Assembly: GCA_964514595.1 (NCBI GenBank)
Contig: CAZEQZ010000001.1
Coordinates: 331,847 to 395,846 of the forward strand
Direction: 5' to 3'
DNA: 64,000 nucleotides
Source of the DNA: an uncultured Candidatus Saccharibacteria bacterium
GTDB taxonomy: Bacteria; Patescibacteriota; Dojkabacteria; SC72
Shown here: positions 46,555 to 55,829 of the stretch, piece by piece
Layout of the letters: each line of letters starts with the position of its first letter
Position numbering within the stretch: position 1 is the stretch's first letter
Position numbers and translations under genes: made by a program
Notes under the pieces: generated by a model
Told to the model about the DNA's origin: nothing
The model's database searches: none
The model's input: the letters and a program-made list of their open reading frames with translations, nothing else

Positions 46555-47235
46555 ATGTTTGGTTTAAATATCTTTAAGAGTAGCTCATCTTCCTTCTATG
46601 ACTTCTATAAAAGGATGGTGAAATGGAGGGAGAGTAATGTATATCCATTTTCATATAATCTTCCTTCTACTATTTCTTTTCCCGATTATTTTTGGAAAGA
46701 CGTAATTGGTGTATATAAGGATACTTTAAAGGATGGTCTTGAAAGAGCAGTATCTGTATTTTGGGTAGATGGAGAATTAGTAGTGACATCTATTGTTAAG
46801 GGTGATGAAAAATCTGTTAAATCGAATCACAATTTGAATGTTAAATACTCACCCCATCCAACTAGAAGAGGATATTTAAGAAAAGAGGTATATTTAAATG
46901 AGAAGCTATTAAAAAGGAAGGATGTATATCATAAAAATGTTCCTAAGAAAGTTGTTGTAGAATATCTTTTTAATATGCATACGCATCCTAAAAATAGTAA
47001 TACAGAAACAGTATCCTACTCTTTCTTTTCAAAACAGGATGTGTCATCTTTACTCTCGTCTGGAGCCATTATTTCCGGATTAGTAACAGACAGATTATGG
47101 CTTTTAGTTAGAACTAGCGAATCACCTAGTTCACCAGTATTAGAGGACGAACAAATATCGGTTGAAACGTTAAAAGATCAGATGAAATTTACCATATACG
47201 AGGCTGAGTTTAATAATAAGGCAATCAGAAAATGA
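46555..47235 (+). CDS. Hypothetical protein
   Basis: 226-aa ORF with a leaderless-type promoter (TATATT 5 nt before the ATG). It contains HTHP...S..D, which only loosely resembles a JAMM motif. Confidence 0.35.
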   Translation: MFGLNIFKSSSSSFYDFYKRMVKWRESNVYPFSYNLPSTISFPDYFWKDVIGVYKDTLKDGLERAVSVFWVDGELVVTSIVKGDEKSVKSNHNLNVKYSPHPTRRGYLRKEVYLNEKLLKRKDVYHKNVPKKVVVEYLFNMHTHPKNSNTETVSYSFFSKQDVSSLLSSGAIISGLVTDRLWLLVRTSESPSSPVLEDEQISVETLKDQMKFTIYEAEFNNKAIRK

Positions 47236-47936
47236 TTAGGGAAGATATATTAGCGGACTTCAAAAAAGTTTCATCAAAAGAGAAAGCTCAGATACTTCAA
47301 CGTTTCTTTAAAACAGGTAAAGGAGAGTATGGAGAGGGAGATATATTTATAGGGGTAGTTGTTCCTGAGATTAGAAAATTGTGCAAAAAATATTACAAAG
47401 AGCTATCATTCAACAACTTGGACTATTTTATGCATAGCAAGATACATGAACATAGACTATTTGCGATACTATGTCTGACATATAAATACGAAAAGGCTGA
47501 TGAGTATGAACAGAGGAGAATTTTTGACTACTATCTTAAGAATACAAAATATATTAACAATTGGGATCTGGTAGATCTATCAGCACCTAAGATTGTGGGG
47601 AGATATTTAAAGGATAAGGATAGAGATATTCTATATAAATTAGTAAAAAGTAATAGTTTATGGGAGCAAAGAGTAGCTGTATTGGCAACAGCTTCATTCA
47701 TATACGATCATGACTTTAAAGACATTTTAAGATTCTCTGAAATGCTAATTAATCATAAGCATGATTTAATACATAAGGCTGTAGGATGGATGTTAAGAGA
47801 GGTTGGGAAGAAAGATCTTAATGTATTAAGAAAATTTCTCAACAAATATGCTACTAAAATGCCCAGAACAATGCTGAGATACTCTATAGAGAAGTTTGAT
47901 AAGGAAGAAAGGCTCATGTATTTGAAGAAATCCTAA
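47232..47936 (+). CDS. DNA alkylation repair enzyme, AlkD/AlkC-like HEAT-repeat glycosylase family
   Basis: Pattern NNWDLVDLSAPKIVG...LWEQRVAVLA...HKAVGWMLREVGKKD matches the DNA_alkylation family. Overlaps the upstream gene by 4 nt. Confidence 0.55.
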   Translation: MIREDILADFKKVSSKEKAQILQRFFKTGKGEYGEGDIFIGVVVPEIRKLCKKYYKELSFNNLDYFMHSKIHEHRLFAILCLTYKYEKADEYEQRRIFDYYLKNTKYINNWDLVDLSAPKIVGRYLKDKDRDILYKLVKSNSLWEQRVAVLATASFIYDHDFKDILRFSEMLINHKHDLIHKAVGWMLREVGKKDLNVLRKFLNKYATKMPRTMLRYSIEKFDKEERLMYLKKS

Positions 47937-48451
47937 ACTGTTTTGATTTTCACTAATTGATTTGCAATCAAACCACCAGTTAATACAGTAACTAATTGAA
48001 TTATTCCCATAGAGCTTAGAAATATACTTGGTAATTCTATTAATCTATTTAGAATTAAAGTCATTGTGAAAAGAAAGATAGCCTTTATGGCAGATGCAAG
48101 AATTACACTTATATAATCCTTCTTAATGTGTTTATATATTAAAACATAAAGGATGTTTGCGATACCAATAACTGGAATTAAATATAGGAGAAAATGAGTA
48201 GTAGTGCCAAACAGTAGACCGTATGTATAGGAGGCTATGGAAGGAAAGAATAGTGCAGGAGCTATTTGTTTAAAACTGAATTGGGTTATACCTAAAATCA
48301 AAAGAAAATTAATTAAAGAACCAAGTAGTAGTTGTGGACCTGGGAGGATGAGAGGAGTTATGAAAAGAAGAATGTAGAAGAGTGAAAGGTGTAAATATTT
48401 GTTGAGTAATATGAGATCCAATTTTTGATATATTCTGTATATATATTGCAT
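47933..48451 (-). CDS. Polytopic membrane protein (possible ECF-transporter S-component/BioY-like)
   Basis: 172 aa with about 5-6 TM segments. TPLILPGPQLLLGSLINFLLILG weakly resembles the BioY-type S component. Confidence 0.3.
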   Translation of the reverse strand: MQYIYRIYQKLDLILLNKYLHLSLFYILLFITPLILPGPQLLLGSLINFLLILGITQFSFKQIAPALFFPSIASYTYGLLFGTTTHFLLYLIPVIGIANILYVLIYKHIKKDYISVILASAIKAIFLFTMTLILNRLIELPSIFLSSMGIIQLVTVLTGGLIANQLVKIKTV

Positions 48452-48537
48452 ACTAAATATTACAAATATTATTTAATTAAAACAAGTTAATGAGTTATAG
48501 GTCTGTTAAACTTCTTTATTAAAATGTATATTAAATT

Positions 48538-49389
48538 ATGGAATTTGATAGAAGTAAGAAATATATCTGTTTGCTTGCACCCTCCTTTGTTTCCGAGTTC
48601 GATTATCCAGATATAGTATATCGACTAAGAGCCCTAGGATTTGACAAGGTTGTAGAGTTAACATTTGGAGCTAAGATGACCAACCTAACCTACTATACTG
48701 TATTAAAGGATAGTATAGACAAGGGGGAAAAGAAGACATGGATAGCATCGCCCTGCCCTACGCTTGTTAACTTCATAAAGGTTAAGTATCCCCATCTGGT
48801 TGAAAATTTGGTTCCTGTACACTCTCCTATGGGAAGTATGAGTTTGATTTGCAAAAAGTTTTATCCTTCTCATACCCAAGTATTTATCGGACCCTGCGTT
48901 ACAAAAAAACTGGAGGCCCAAGAAACAGGAAGTGTCGAGCACGTCCTCACATTTAAAGAGTTGGAGGAGGCATTAAAAGAAAAAAATATACCGGAAAGAA
49001 TAGACGATCCAAAATATTGTGAAAGTTTTGATAAATTCTACAACGATTACACGAAGGTATATCCAATATCTGGAGGCCTATCTAACACCTTAAATTATAA
49101 ACATATCCTTAATGATCATGATATTTTGGTGAAAGAGGGTTTAAATGATTTGGTAAAAATATTTGATAAATTTAAAGATGGAAGATACAAGCATTATAAA
49201 TTCTTAGATATTCTTAATTGCAAGGGGGGATGTATCAATGGGCCTGGAATGATAGGAAATAGGTCTATCAAAGAGAGGACAAAGAGGGTATTGAAATACC
49301 GTGAGTTTGCTTGGAAGTACGAGAAGGATTTAGGTAAAGCTGGTAGTTTAGTTGATGCAAAGGGTGTTGATTTTAAGAGAAAATTCTAA
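48538..49389 (+). CDS. [FeFe]-hydrogenase H-domain-like protein (minimal, with altered L1 motif)
   Basis: APSFVSEF, LRALGFDKVVELTFGAK, L1-like IASPCPTLV (versus TSCCP), SPMGS, L2-like FIGPCVTKKLEAQE (versus MPCxxKxxE) and L3-like LDILNCKGGCINGPG (versus ExMACxxGCxxGGGQP). All four cluster-ligating Cys positions are retained, but the first Cys of TSCCP is Pro. 283 aa. No N-terminal ferredoxin-like domains. Confidence 0.5.
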   Translation: MEFDRSKKYICLLAPSFVSEFDYPDIVYRLRALGFDKVVELTFGAKMTNLTYYTVLKDSIDKGEKKTWIASPCPTLVNFIKVKYPHLVENLVPVHSPMGSMSLICKKFYPSHTQVFIGPCVTKKLEAQETGSVEHVLTFKELEEALKEKNIPERIDDPKYCESFDKFYNDYTKVYPISGGLSNTLNYKHILNDHDILVKEGLNDLVKIFDKFKDGRYKHYKFLDILNCKGGCINGPGMIGNRSIKERTKRVLKYREFAWKYEKDLGKAGSLVDAKGVDFKRKF

Positions 49390-49449
49390 TTTCCTTGACA
49401 AGTGTGTTCTATTTGGATAGATTATCAAATAACCTCTAATTACACGTAC

Positions 49450-51120
49450 ATGTCAAAATACATATTTATCTCGGGAGGCGTAATTTCCGGAATAGGAAAA
49501 GGTGTATCAGCAGCCTCTATAGGTTTCATCTTAAAGTCATACGGTAAGAAAATTACCATGATCAAAGCCGATCCGTATATTAATATTGATGCAGGAACTA
49601 TGAATCCTTTAGAGCATGGAGAGACTTTTGTACTAGAAGATGGGTTTGAAACTGATATGGATATTGGAACGTATGAAAGGTTCACCAATCAATCTTTCTC
49701 TAGGCCTAACTCTATGACGCTTGGTGCTGCTTTGGACAGAGTTATAAAGAAGGAAAGATCATTAGAATATAATGGGAAGTGGGTTAGTCTAGATCATCAT
49801 GTTCCAGAAGCTATAGTGGAGTGGCTAGAGGAGGTAACTAAAAAAGAGAAATCGGATATAACAATAGTAGAAATTGGTGGTACTGTAGGAGAAGTAGGAA
49901 ACAGCTTAATGCTATCGGCAAATAAAGCCCTAAAACTTAGAAATCCCAATGATGTTATACATATTCATGTGACATATCTTCCAGTTCCTCCTCGGTTAGG
50001 TGAAATGAAAACTAAGCCTGCACAGCTTTCAATTCAGCAATTAAATAGGCATGCTATACATCCGGATTTTATAATTGCAAGATCGGAGGTGGGACTAGAT
50101 AAGGAAAGGATTGAGAAAATTAGTAAATACTGTTTTGTACCACCCAATCATGTTATATCAGCTCCAGATGTTGACTGTATATATGATATCCCACTTAATT
50201 TCGAAAGTGCTGACATTGGAAAGGAGATTTTAAAATCATTAAATTTAAGAGCCAAGACTACTCCGCTTTATTCTAAATGGAGAAAGAAAGTTTCTAAAAT
50301 CAAAAATCCCAAAAAGAATCTGGATATCGCCATAGTGGGGAAATATTATAAGAGTGGTGATTTTGATCTTAAGGACTCATATGTTTCTGTTTTGGAAGCA
50401 ATTAATCATGCTTGTTGGGAATTTTCTATTAAACCTAATATTCACTGGATAGTAGCGGATGGATTAGAAAAAGATAAAAAAAGATTAGCAGAATTATCTA
50501 AGATGGATGGTATTATTGTTCCTCAAGGTTGGGGATGTAGAGGATGTGAAGGCAAAATACGAGCAGTGCAGTTAGCTAGAGAAAAGAAAATTCCATATTT
50601 CGGACTATGTTACGGCATGCAGATGGCCACAATAGAATATGCAAGGAATGTATTAGGTATCAAAGATGCTAATTCAGAAGAGGTTGATCCTAAATGTAAG
50701 GACAAAGTAATACATTTAATGGAAGAGCAACAGGAACTAATTAAAAAGAAGGAGTATGGAGGTACTATAAGATTGGGTGCTTGGCCATGCAAGATAGATG
50801 AAAAATCTCTTATATATGAAATGTATGATAAATATGGTAATGGTCTTTACAGGCCGCTTCCAGTAGTTCAGGAAAGACATAGACATAGATATGAATTTAA
50901 TAATGAATATAGAGAGATATTTGAAAAGTCTGATTTCAAATTAGTGGGTAAAAGTCCTGATGATATGTTAATTGAAGCCATAGAACTATCCAAAACTGTG
51001 CATCCATTCTTTATAGGCACGCAGTATCATCCAGAACTTAAAAGTAGATTCTTAGAACCACATCCATTATTTATGGGGTTTGTAAATGCTAGTTTAAAAA
51101 GAAAGGCCTTTATTTCTTAA
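49450..51120 (+). CDS. pyrG: CTP synthase
   Basis: N-terminus MSKYIFISGGVISGIGKG. Synthetase domain. C-terminal class I glutamine amidotransferase with GLCYGMQ. Start placed at the internal Met. Promoter TTGACA-17-TAGATT at 49391-49419. Confidence 0.9.
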   Translation: MSKYIFISGGVISGIGKGVSAASIGFILKSYGKKITMIKADPYINIDAGTMNPLEHGETFVLEDGFETDMDIGTYERFTNQSFSRPNSMTLGAALDRVIKKERSLEYNGKWVSLDHHVPEAIVEWLEEVTKKEKSDITIVEIGGTVGEVGNSLMLSANKALKLRNPNDVIHIHVTYLPVPPRLGEMKTKPAQLSIQQLNRHAIHPDFIIARSEVGLDKERIEKISKYCFVPPNHVISAPDVDCIYDIPLNFESADIGKEILKSLNLRAKTTPLYSKWRKKVSKIKNPKKNLDIAIVGKYYKSGDFDLKDSYVSVLEAINHACWEFSIKPNIHWIVADGLEKDKKRLAELSKMDGIIVPQGWGCRGCEGKIRAVQLAREKKIPYFGLCYGMQMATIEYARNVLGIKDANSEEVDPKCKDKVIHLMEEQQELIKKKEYGGTIRLGAWPCKIDEKSLIYEMYDKYGNGLYRPLPVVQERHRHRYEFNNEYREIFEKSDFKLVGKSPDDMLIEAIELSKTVHPFFIGTQYHPELKSRFLEPHPLFMGFVNASLKRKAFIS

Positions 51121-53218
51121 CATATAGTTTTGTATCCACAACCACGGCCCTGTTCTCTGTTATCATAACAGGGTTAATATCCATTGTTATTATTTCGGGA
51201 TAGGAAACAAGTAATTTCTGTATACTCATTATCAGTTCAATAAGTTTCTCCCTTGCCAGCTTAGGTTTTCCTCTATACCCATCAATTATCATAGATGCTT
51301 TTGTCTTAGAAAGTATAGCGTCTATCTTTTCTAAACGTTCGGGTACTAGAATATGTCTAATATCCTTATAAACCTCTGTATATATTCCTCCTTGTCCAAT
51401 TGCTATTAAATGACCAAATCCAAGTCCACTTTTTTCATAAATATCAGATCCTCCCTCTCTGTTAGCACCAATAAAGAACTCTAATTTACCATCTATCATT
51501 TCTTGTATCAAAATATTGGGAGCTACATTGCCCGTTGTTTTAGTTATACTTTCTTTCAACTCAACAAACTTCTCTTCAAATTCTGTTATTGTTCTTATAT
51601 CCAAGAACAAACCCTTGAAATCAGTTTTATGTGCTAAATCTCTAGATTCTGCCTTAATTGCTACGGGGAATATTGTCGATGCAAAATCAATACCCTGTTC
51701 TAAACTACTAGCAACCATCTGTTGTGGCATATCTATACCAAATTCACTCAACAATTTTATTGAAAGTTTATCAGGAAGTATTTCAATTTTATCTCTAAAA
51801 ACATACTCCGATACCTCTTCTCTACTTTTCACCTTTTTTTGATATTCATCACTGTCTACAATCTTTGTTAATTCTTTGTTTTCTTCAAATTCTGCTAATT
51901 TGGAAATTAAATGCAGTGCTTCTTGGAGGTCATTAAACCATGGACAATTATTTTCTTCTAAAATGCGTATTCCTGATTTAATATCTTTCCCTCCTAGAAA
52001 ACAGGAATAAATTGGTTTAGAAGCCTTTTGAGATATATTAGCTATAGCTTGCGCCGTTCCTTCTATTTCTGTAATTAATTGGGGAGTTAGAATAACTAAT
52101 ATTACATCAATAGACACATCGTCTAGAAGTGTTTGTATGGCGAGCTCATATCTGTCACTCTTAGCATCTCCTAGTATATCAACAGGATTTGAGATGCTTG
52201 ATTCTGGAGGAAGATTCTTTAATAGTTTCTGTTCTGTTTTTTCGCCTATTTGTGCAAGTTTTAGACTTTCTTTCTCTATATGATCTACAGCAATTATTCC
52301 AGGTCCGCCTGCATTAGATACTATTCCAATATTTTTCCCTTTAGGTAGTTTATTTATATCTATTAACTGCATTAGTTTGAATAACTCTTCTGAATTTTCA
52401 GTGAAGATCATATTCCCCTTTTTCACTGCCGCAATAGTTGTATCAAAAGAAGATGCCAAGGATCCTGTATGAGAAGAGATCGCTTCTTTTGCTTTCTCTG
52501 AGATGCCCGGGGCTATTATTAATATTGGTTTTTTAGCTTTCTGACATAGTGTTACGAATTCTTTTCCATCTGAGAATTCTTCCAGATAGAGTGCTATTGC
52601 AGATATGGTATTGTCATTAACATATAGCTCCATTAACTCATTTTCATTTATATCAGCCTTATTTCCTATGGAAACGACCTGGGAGAATCCCAATTTCTTA
52701 TCAGATGCCATATCCAATATAGCAGTACAGAAGGCCCCTGATTGAGAAATAAAAGCGATTTTTCCATCTCCAGGATTTTCTCTCGCGAAAGACAGGTTTA
52801 TCTTAGCCTTATTATTTATGAATCCCAGACAATTAGGTCCTAGCAATCTTATATTCGCACTCTTAAGTTTGTTTGTTATTCTCTCTTCCAATTCCCTACC
52901 CTGTTCCCCTACCTCTTTAAATCCTGCAGAGATAACTACAACACTTTTAACCTGTTTTGTAACACATTGATCTATAATGTCCTCTACAAATTGATACGGT
53001 ATGGCAATACATACTGTCTCCACGTTTTCCTCTATCTTCAAAATATCTGGGTACGCTTTTCTTCCCTGTAGTTCTTCATATTTGGGATTTACTGGGTAAA
53101 TTTTCCCATTATATCCACCCTCTATTAAGTTCCTTAACAAGACAGACCCTATCTTATCAGGATCTTGAGAAGCGCCTACTATAGCTATTGATTTTGGAGA
53201 AAGAATTGATGCTTCCAT
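51110..53218 (-). CDS. Acetyl-CoA synthetase (ADP-forming), fused alpha-beta subunits (NDP-forming acyl-CoA synthetase)
   Basis: N-terminal CoA-binding domain (IAIVGASQDPDKIGSVLLRNL). Succinyl-CoA-synthetase-like ligase domain. C-terminal ATP-grasp. 702 aa. Confidence 0.7.
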   Translation of the reverse strand: MEASILSPKSIAIVGASQDPDKIGSVLLRNLIEGGYNGKIYPVNPKYEELQGRKAYPDILKIEENVETVCIAIPYQFVEDIIDQCVTKQVKSVVVISAGFKEVGEQGRELEERITNKLKSANIRLLGPNCLGFINNKAKINLSFARENPGDGKIAFISQSGAFCTAILDMASDKKLGFSQVVSIGNKADINENELMELYVNDNTISAIALYLEEFSDGKEFVTLCQKAKKPILIIAPGISEKAKEAISSHTGSLASSFDTTIAAVKKGNMIFTENSEELFKLMQLIDINKLPKGKNIGIVSNAGGPGIIAVDHIEKESLKLAQIGEKTEQKLLKNLPPESSISNPVDILGDAKSDRYELAIQTLLDDVSIDVILVILTPQLITEIEGTAQAIANISQKASKPIYSCFLGGKDIKSGIRILEENNCPWFNDLQEALHLISKLAEFEENKELTKIVDSDEYQKKVKSREEVSEYVFRDKIEILPDKLSIKLLSEFGIDMPQQMVASSLEQGIDFASTIFPVAIKAESRDLAHKTDFKGLFLDIRTITEFEEKFVELKESITKTTGNVAPNILIQEMIDGKLEFFIGANREGGSDIYEKSGLGFGHLIAIGQGGIYTEVYKDIRHILVPERLEKIDAILSKTKASMIIDGYRGKPKLAREKLIELIMSIQKLLVSYPEIITMDINPVMITENRAVVVDTKLYVKK

Positions 53219-53219
53219 A

Positions 53220-54086
53220 TTATTTTATATGTTCTAATAGTTTTTTAATATCATACTGTTTTACCTCGTCTACCAACTCTGTTAAGGAATCTTTCCTACT
53301 ATCAAGGGATTCATAGAAGGTCTTCATGTCATTATCCTTAAACAAAATTCCTGTGTATACAGGTGTCTGATCTTTCACTAAATCTAATGCACTGTCTAAA
53401 GATTGGTTATTATAGCTCTCTACGGTTTCAATCTTTTTTATATTTTGAGCAGCCCACTGAGGAGTAAAGTCTTTGTTGTATGTGGGACATAATTGCATTA
53501 TTTCTATAACAGAACATCCTTTGTGATTAACGGCTTCTTTTATTATTTCAGTCAATTGTAGTGGATCGCCGGAATATGCTTTTGCAAAAAATGCAGGTTG
53601 GAGAGAAAGTATAAATTGAGTTATATTAATATCCCTTTCTGGCCTTCCTGAAGGCAATCCATACATTGGTTTTTCCCTCTTGGTTGCAAGGGTAGCTTGT
53701 CCTGTTGTGAGTGCAAAATTCTCGTTGTTATGTATTAGTATGGTAATGTCGTAATTGGACCTGATGGCGTGTATTAGGTGATCTATTCCTTCGTGGAAAC
53801 ATCCTCCATCACCAATATCAGCTAGTACTGTAAATTTTCTGTTTGCTAGATGTGCTCCCACAGCGAGAGGTATGGATCTACCGTGTAAGCCTTTGAATCC
53901 ATACAGATTTATTCTATCTACGCCATTTCCATTACAACCTATATCAAATGCCATAAAAACCTCTGAAGGGGAAATGTTAAGTTCAGAGAGGGCTTTCTTG
54001 AGGGCAACTTGAACAGCAAAATTGCCGCATCCTGGACACCAAGTGGGTATATTAATTGAATTGTACTGTTCTATTGGTATACTCAT
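53220..54086 (-). CDS. 2-oxoacid:ferredoxin oxidoreductase, beta (TPP-binding) subunit
   Basis: CPGCGNFAV Cys cluster. GDGG TPP motif (ADIGDGGCFHEG). 288 aa. Confidence 0.7.
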   Translation of the reverse strand: MSIPIEQYNSINIPTWCPGCGNFAVQVALKKALSELNISPSEVFMAFDIGCNGNGVDRINLYGFKGLHGRSIPLAVGAHLANRKFTVLADIGDGGCFHEGIDHLIHAIRSNYDITILIHNNENFALTTGQATLATKREKPMYGLPSGRPERDINITQFILSLQPAFFAKAYSGDPLQLTEIIKEAVNHKGCSVIEIMQLCPTYNKDFTPQWAAQNIKKIETVESYNNQSLDSALDLVKDQTPVYTGILFKDNDMKTFYESLDSRKDSLTELVDEVKQYDIKKLLEHIK

Positions 54087-55789
54087 TGGCTATTTAAAAA
54101 ATCTAATATATCTTCCAAAAAGAATGGTCTTCCATCATATTTAAGTACTTTTTCTTTAAATAGAAAGCCTGTTTCTTGGGAGAGTAGTTTACCCAATTGT
54201 CCCGTTTGATTATTTTCTGCCAATATTAATCGCTTTCCTTGTTTTATAAGATCAGATAGTAGTGCAGTTTTCAATGGATATATGTATTCGTAGTGAAGGT
54301 ATGTTATATCATCTCTTGTACTAATTAGATCTGTCATAACATTTTTTACACTTCCCCATCCCACAAATACTATTTCACTATTTTTACTCCCGTAGAGGGT
54401 GGGTTCAGGGATTTCATTCATCAAAGTTTCCTGTTTCCTTGCTCTTTTATCTGCCATTTGTATGACTTCTTGGGAATCATCTGTGCTTGTACCATCTTCA
54501 GTATGCTCATCACTATTTGAGATATATGGCTTCTTATCTTTAGATGGAATCCATCTAGGAGAAATACCGGAATCTGTAATTTCGTATCTTAAGTCTCCCG
54601 TACTCAGTCCTCTTTCTATTGGTATGTTCTTGGGGAGGGAAGGAAGTGAGAATATAGATTCGGAAATTTGTTTTTCTGTTAAAAGAATAACTGGAAGTTG
54701 ATATTGTTCAGCTATGTTAAATGCCTTCTGTATTAATGTGTATGAGGAGTTTGCATCACTTGCTGATAGTACACATCTGGGAAATTCCCCGTGAGATGGA
54801 GTGACTGCAAGTTGTAGATCGCTGGCTCCAGTCCATGTGGGAACCCCTGTACCAGATCCTGCTCTTTGAGATAGGACTACTACTAATGGGGTCTCCGTCA
54901 TGCCTGCACAGGATATGGTTTCAGTCATTAAATCGAAACCTCCTCCTGATGTGGCAACTAAAGCTCGTGTTCCCATGTGCATGCTTCCCATGGCCATATG
55001 TATCGCAGTAATTTCATTCTCTGCTTGCTTTACTAAAATTCCCGTGTCATTTGCAGTATTGCCAAGGAATTTAAATATGGATGTGGCTGGTGTCATTGGA
55101 TATCCATAGTATGCTCTCACTCCACAAGATATTGCTCCCAAAGATAGGGCATCATTTCCAGAGATATTGATAGATCTTTGCTTAAGAAGTTCTAATTTAG
55201 GAATATTTATTCTTTCACTCAATTCCGGTCTATATGATGGAGATGTGTGGCCTGCTAGTATGACTTTCTTTTCTGCCTCTAAATCTATATTCTTTGATTT
55301 GAAATGTTCTAATATAATTTCTATTAATATCTCTACATCTAGATTTAATATTCTCCATAGGAAACCTAATATAGCAGCGTTGGACATTATTTCAGTTCCA
55401 CCAGCCTTTATTGCAAGTTCAACTGAATCTAAATATATAACAGATATGTTGTTACGCTTGATATGCTCTTCTTGTTCTTGAGAAAAATTTAAATCCTTAG
55501 ATCCATGGATTAAAATACCGTTTTGGGATACTGTATTAAGATAGTGTATTATAGATTCTGTGGAAGAGGTTAGAAGGATATTGCAATTCCTAGACGAGGA
55601 GTTGATAAGTTTGTTAGAAAAATCTATCTGATAGCTTGCCACTCCACCTTTTATTAACGATGGATACTCTCTATAGGAGAATGTTTTATAGCCGTGTTGA
55701 TTTAATGCCTTGGACAGTAGCTTGCCTACAGTATTTATTCCTTGACCAGATTCTCCTGCAAATTTTACGGACAGTCGTGTAAGGGACAT
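54083..55789 (-). CDS. 2-oxoacid:ferredoxin oxidoreductase, alpha subunit with fused N-terminal gamma domain
   Basis: N-terminal gamma-like domain (FAGESGQGINTVGKLL). Alpha-subunit motif YGYPMTPATS. 568 aa. No delta/ferredoxin subunit is adjacent, so this is a two-subunit OFOR/Kor type. Confidence 0.7.
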   Translation of the reverse strand: MSLTRLSVKFAGESGQGINTVGKLLSKALNQHGYKTFSYREYPSLIKGGVASYQIDFSNKLINSSSRNCNILLTSSTESIIHYLNTVSQNGILIHGSKDLNFSQEQEEHIKRNNISVIYLDSVELAIKAGGTEIMSNAAILGFLWRILNLDVEILIEIILEHFKSKNIDLEAEKKVILAGHTSPSYRPELSERINIPKLELLKQRSINISGNDALSLGAISCGVRAYYGYPMTPATSIFKFLGNTANDTGILVKQAENEITAIHMAMGSMHMGTRALVATSGGGFDLMTETISCAGMTETPLVVVLSQRAGSGTGVPTWTGASDLQLAVTPSHGEFPRCVLSASDANSSYTLIQKAFNIAEQYQLPVILLTEKQISESIFSLPSLPKNIPIERGLSTGDLRYEITDSGISPRWIPSKDKKPYISNSDEHTEDGTSTDDSQEVIQMADKRARKQETLMNEIPEPTLYGSKNSEIVFVGWGSVKNVMTDLISTRDDITYLHYEYIYPLKTALLSDLIKQGKRLILAENNQTGQLGKLLSQETGFLFKEKVLKYDGRPFFLEDILDFLNSQ

Positions 55790-55829
55790 ATGATATTAAT
55801 ATACTTTATGTAAATGGATATGTAAACAA

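Noticed and set aside
46555-47235. Possible JAMM/MPN metalloprotease motif (HTHP...S..D) in the 226-aa hypothetical protein
   Set aside because: The spacing between HxH and SxxD (16 residues) does not fit the HxHx7Sx2D signature, and no upstream Glu motif was found, so only a generic hypothetical call was made.
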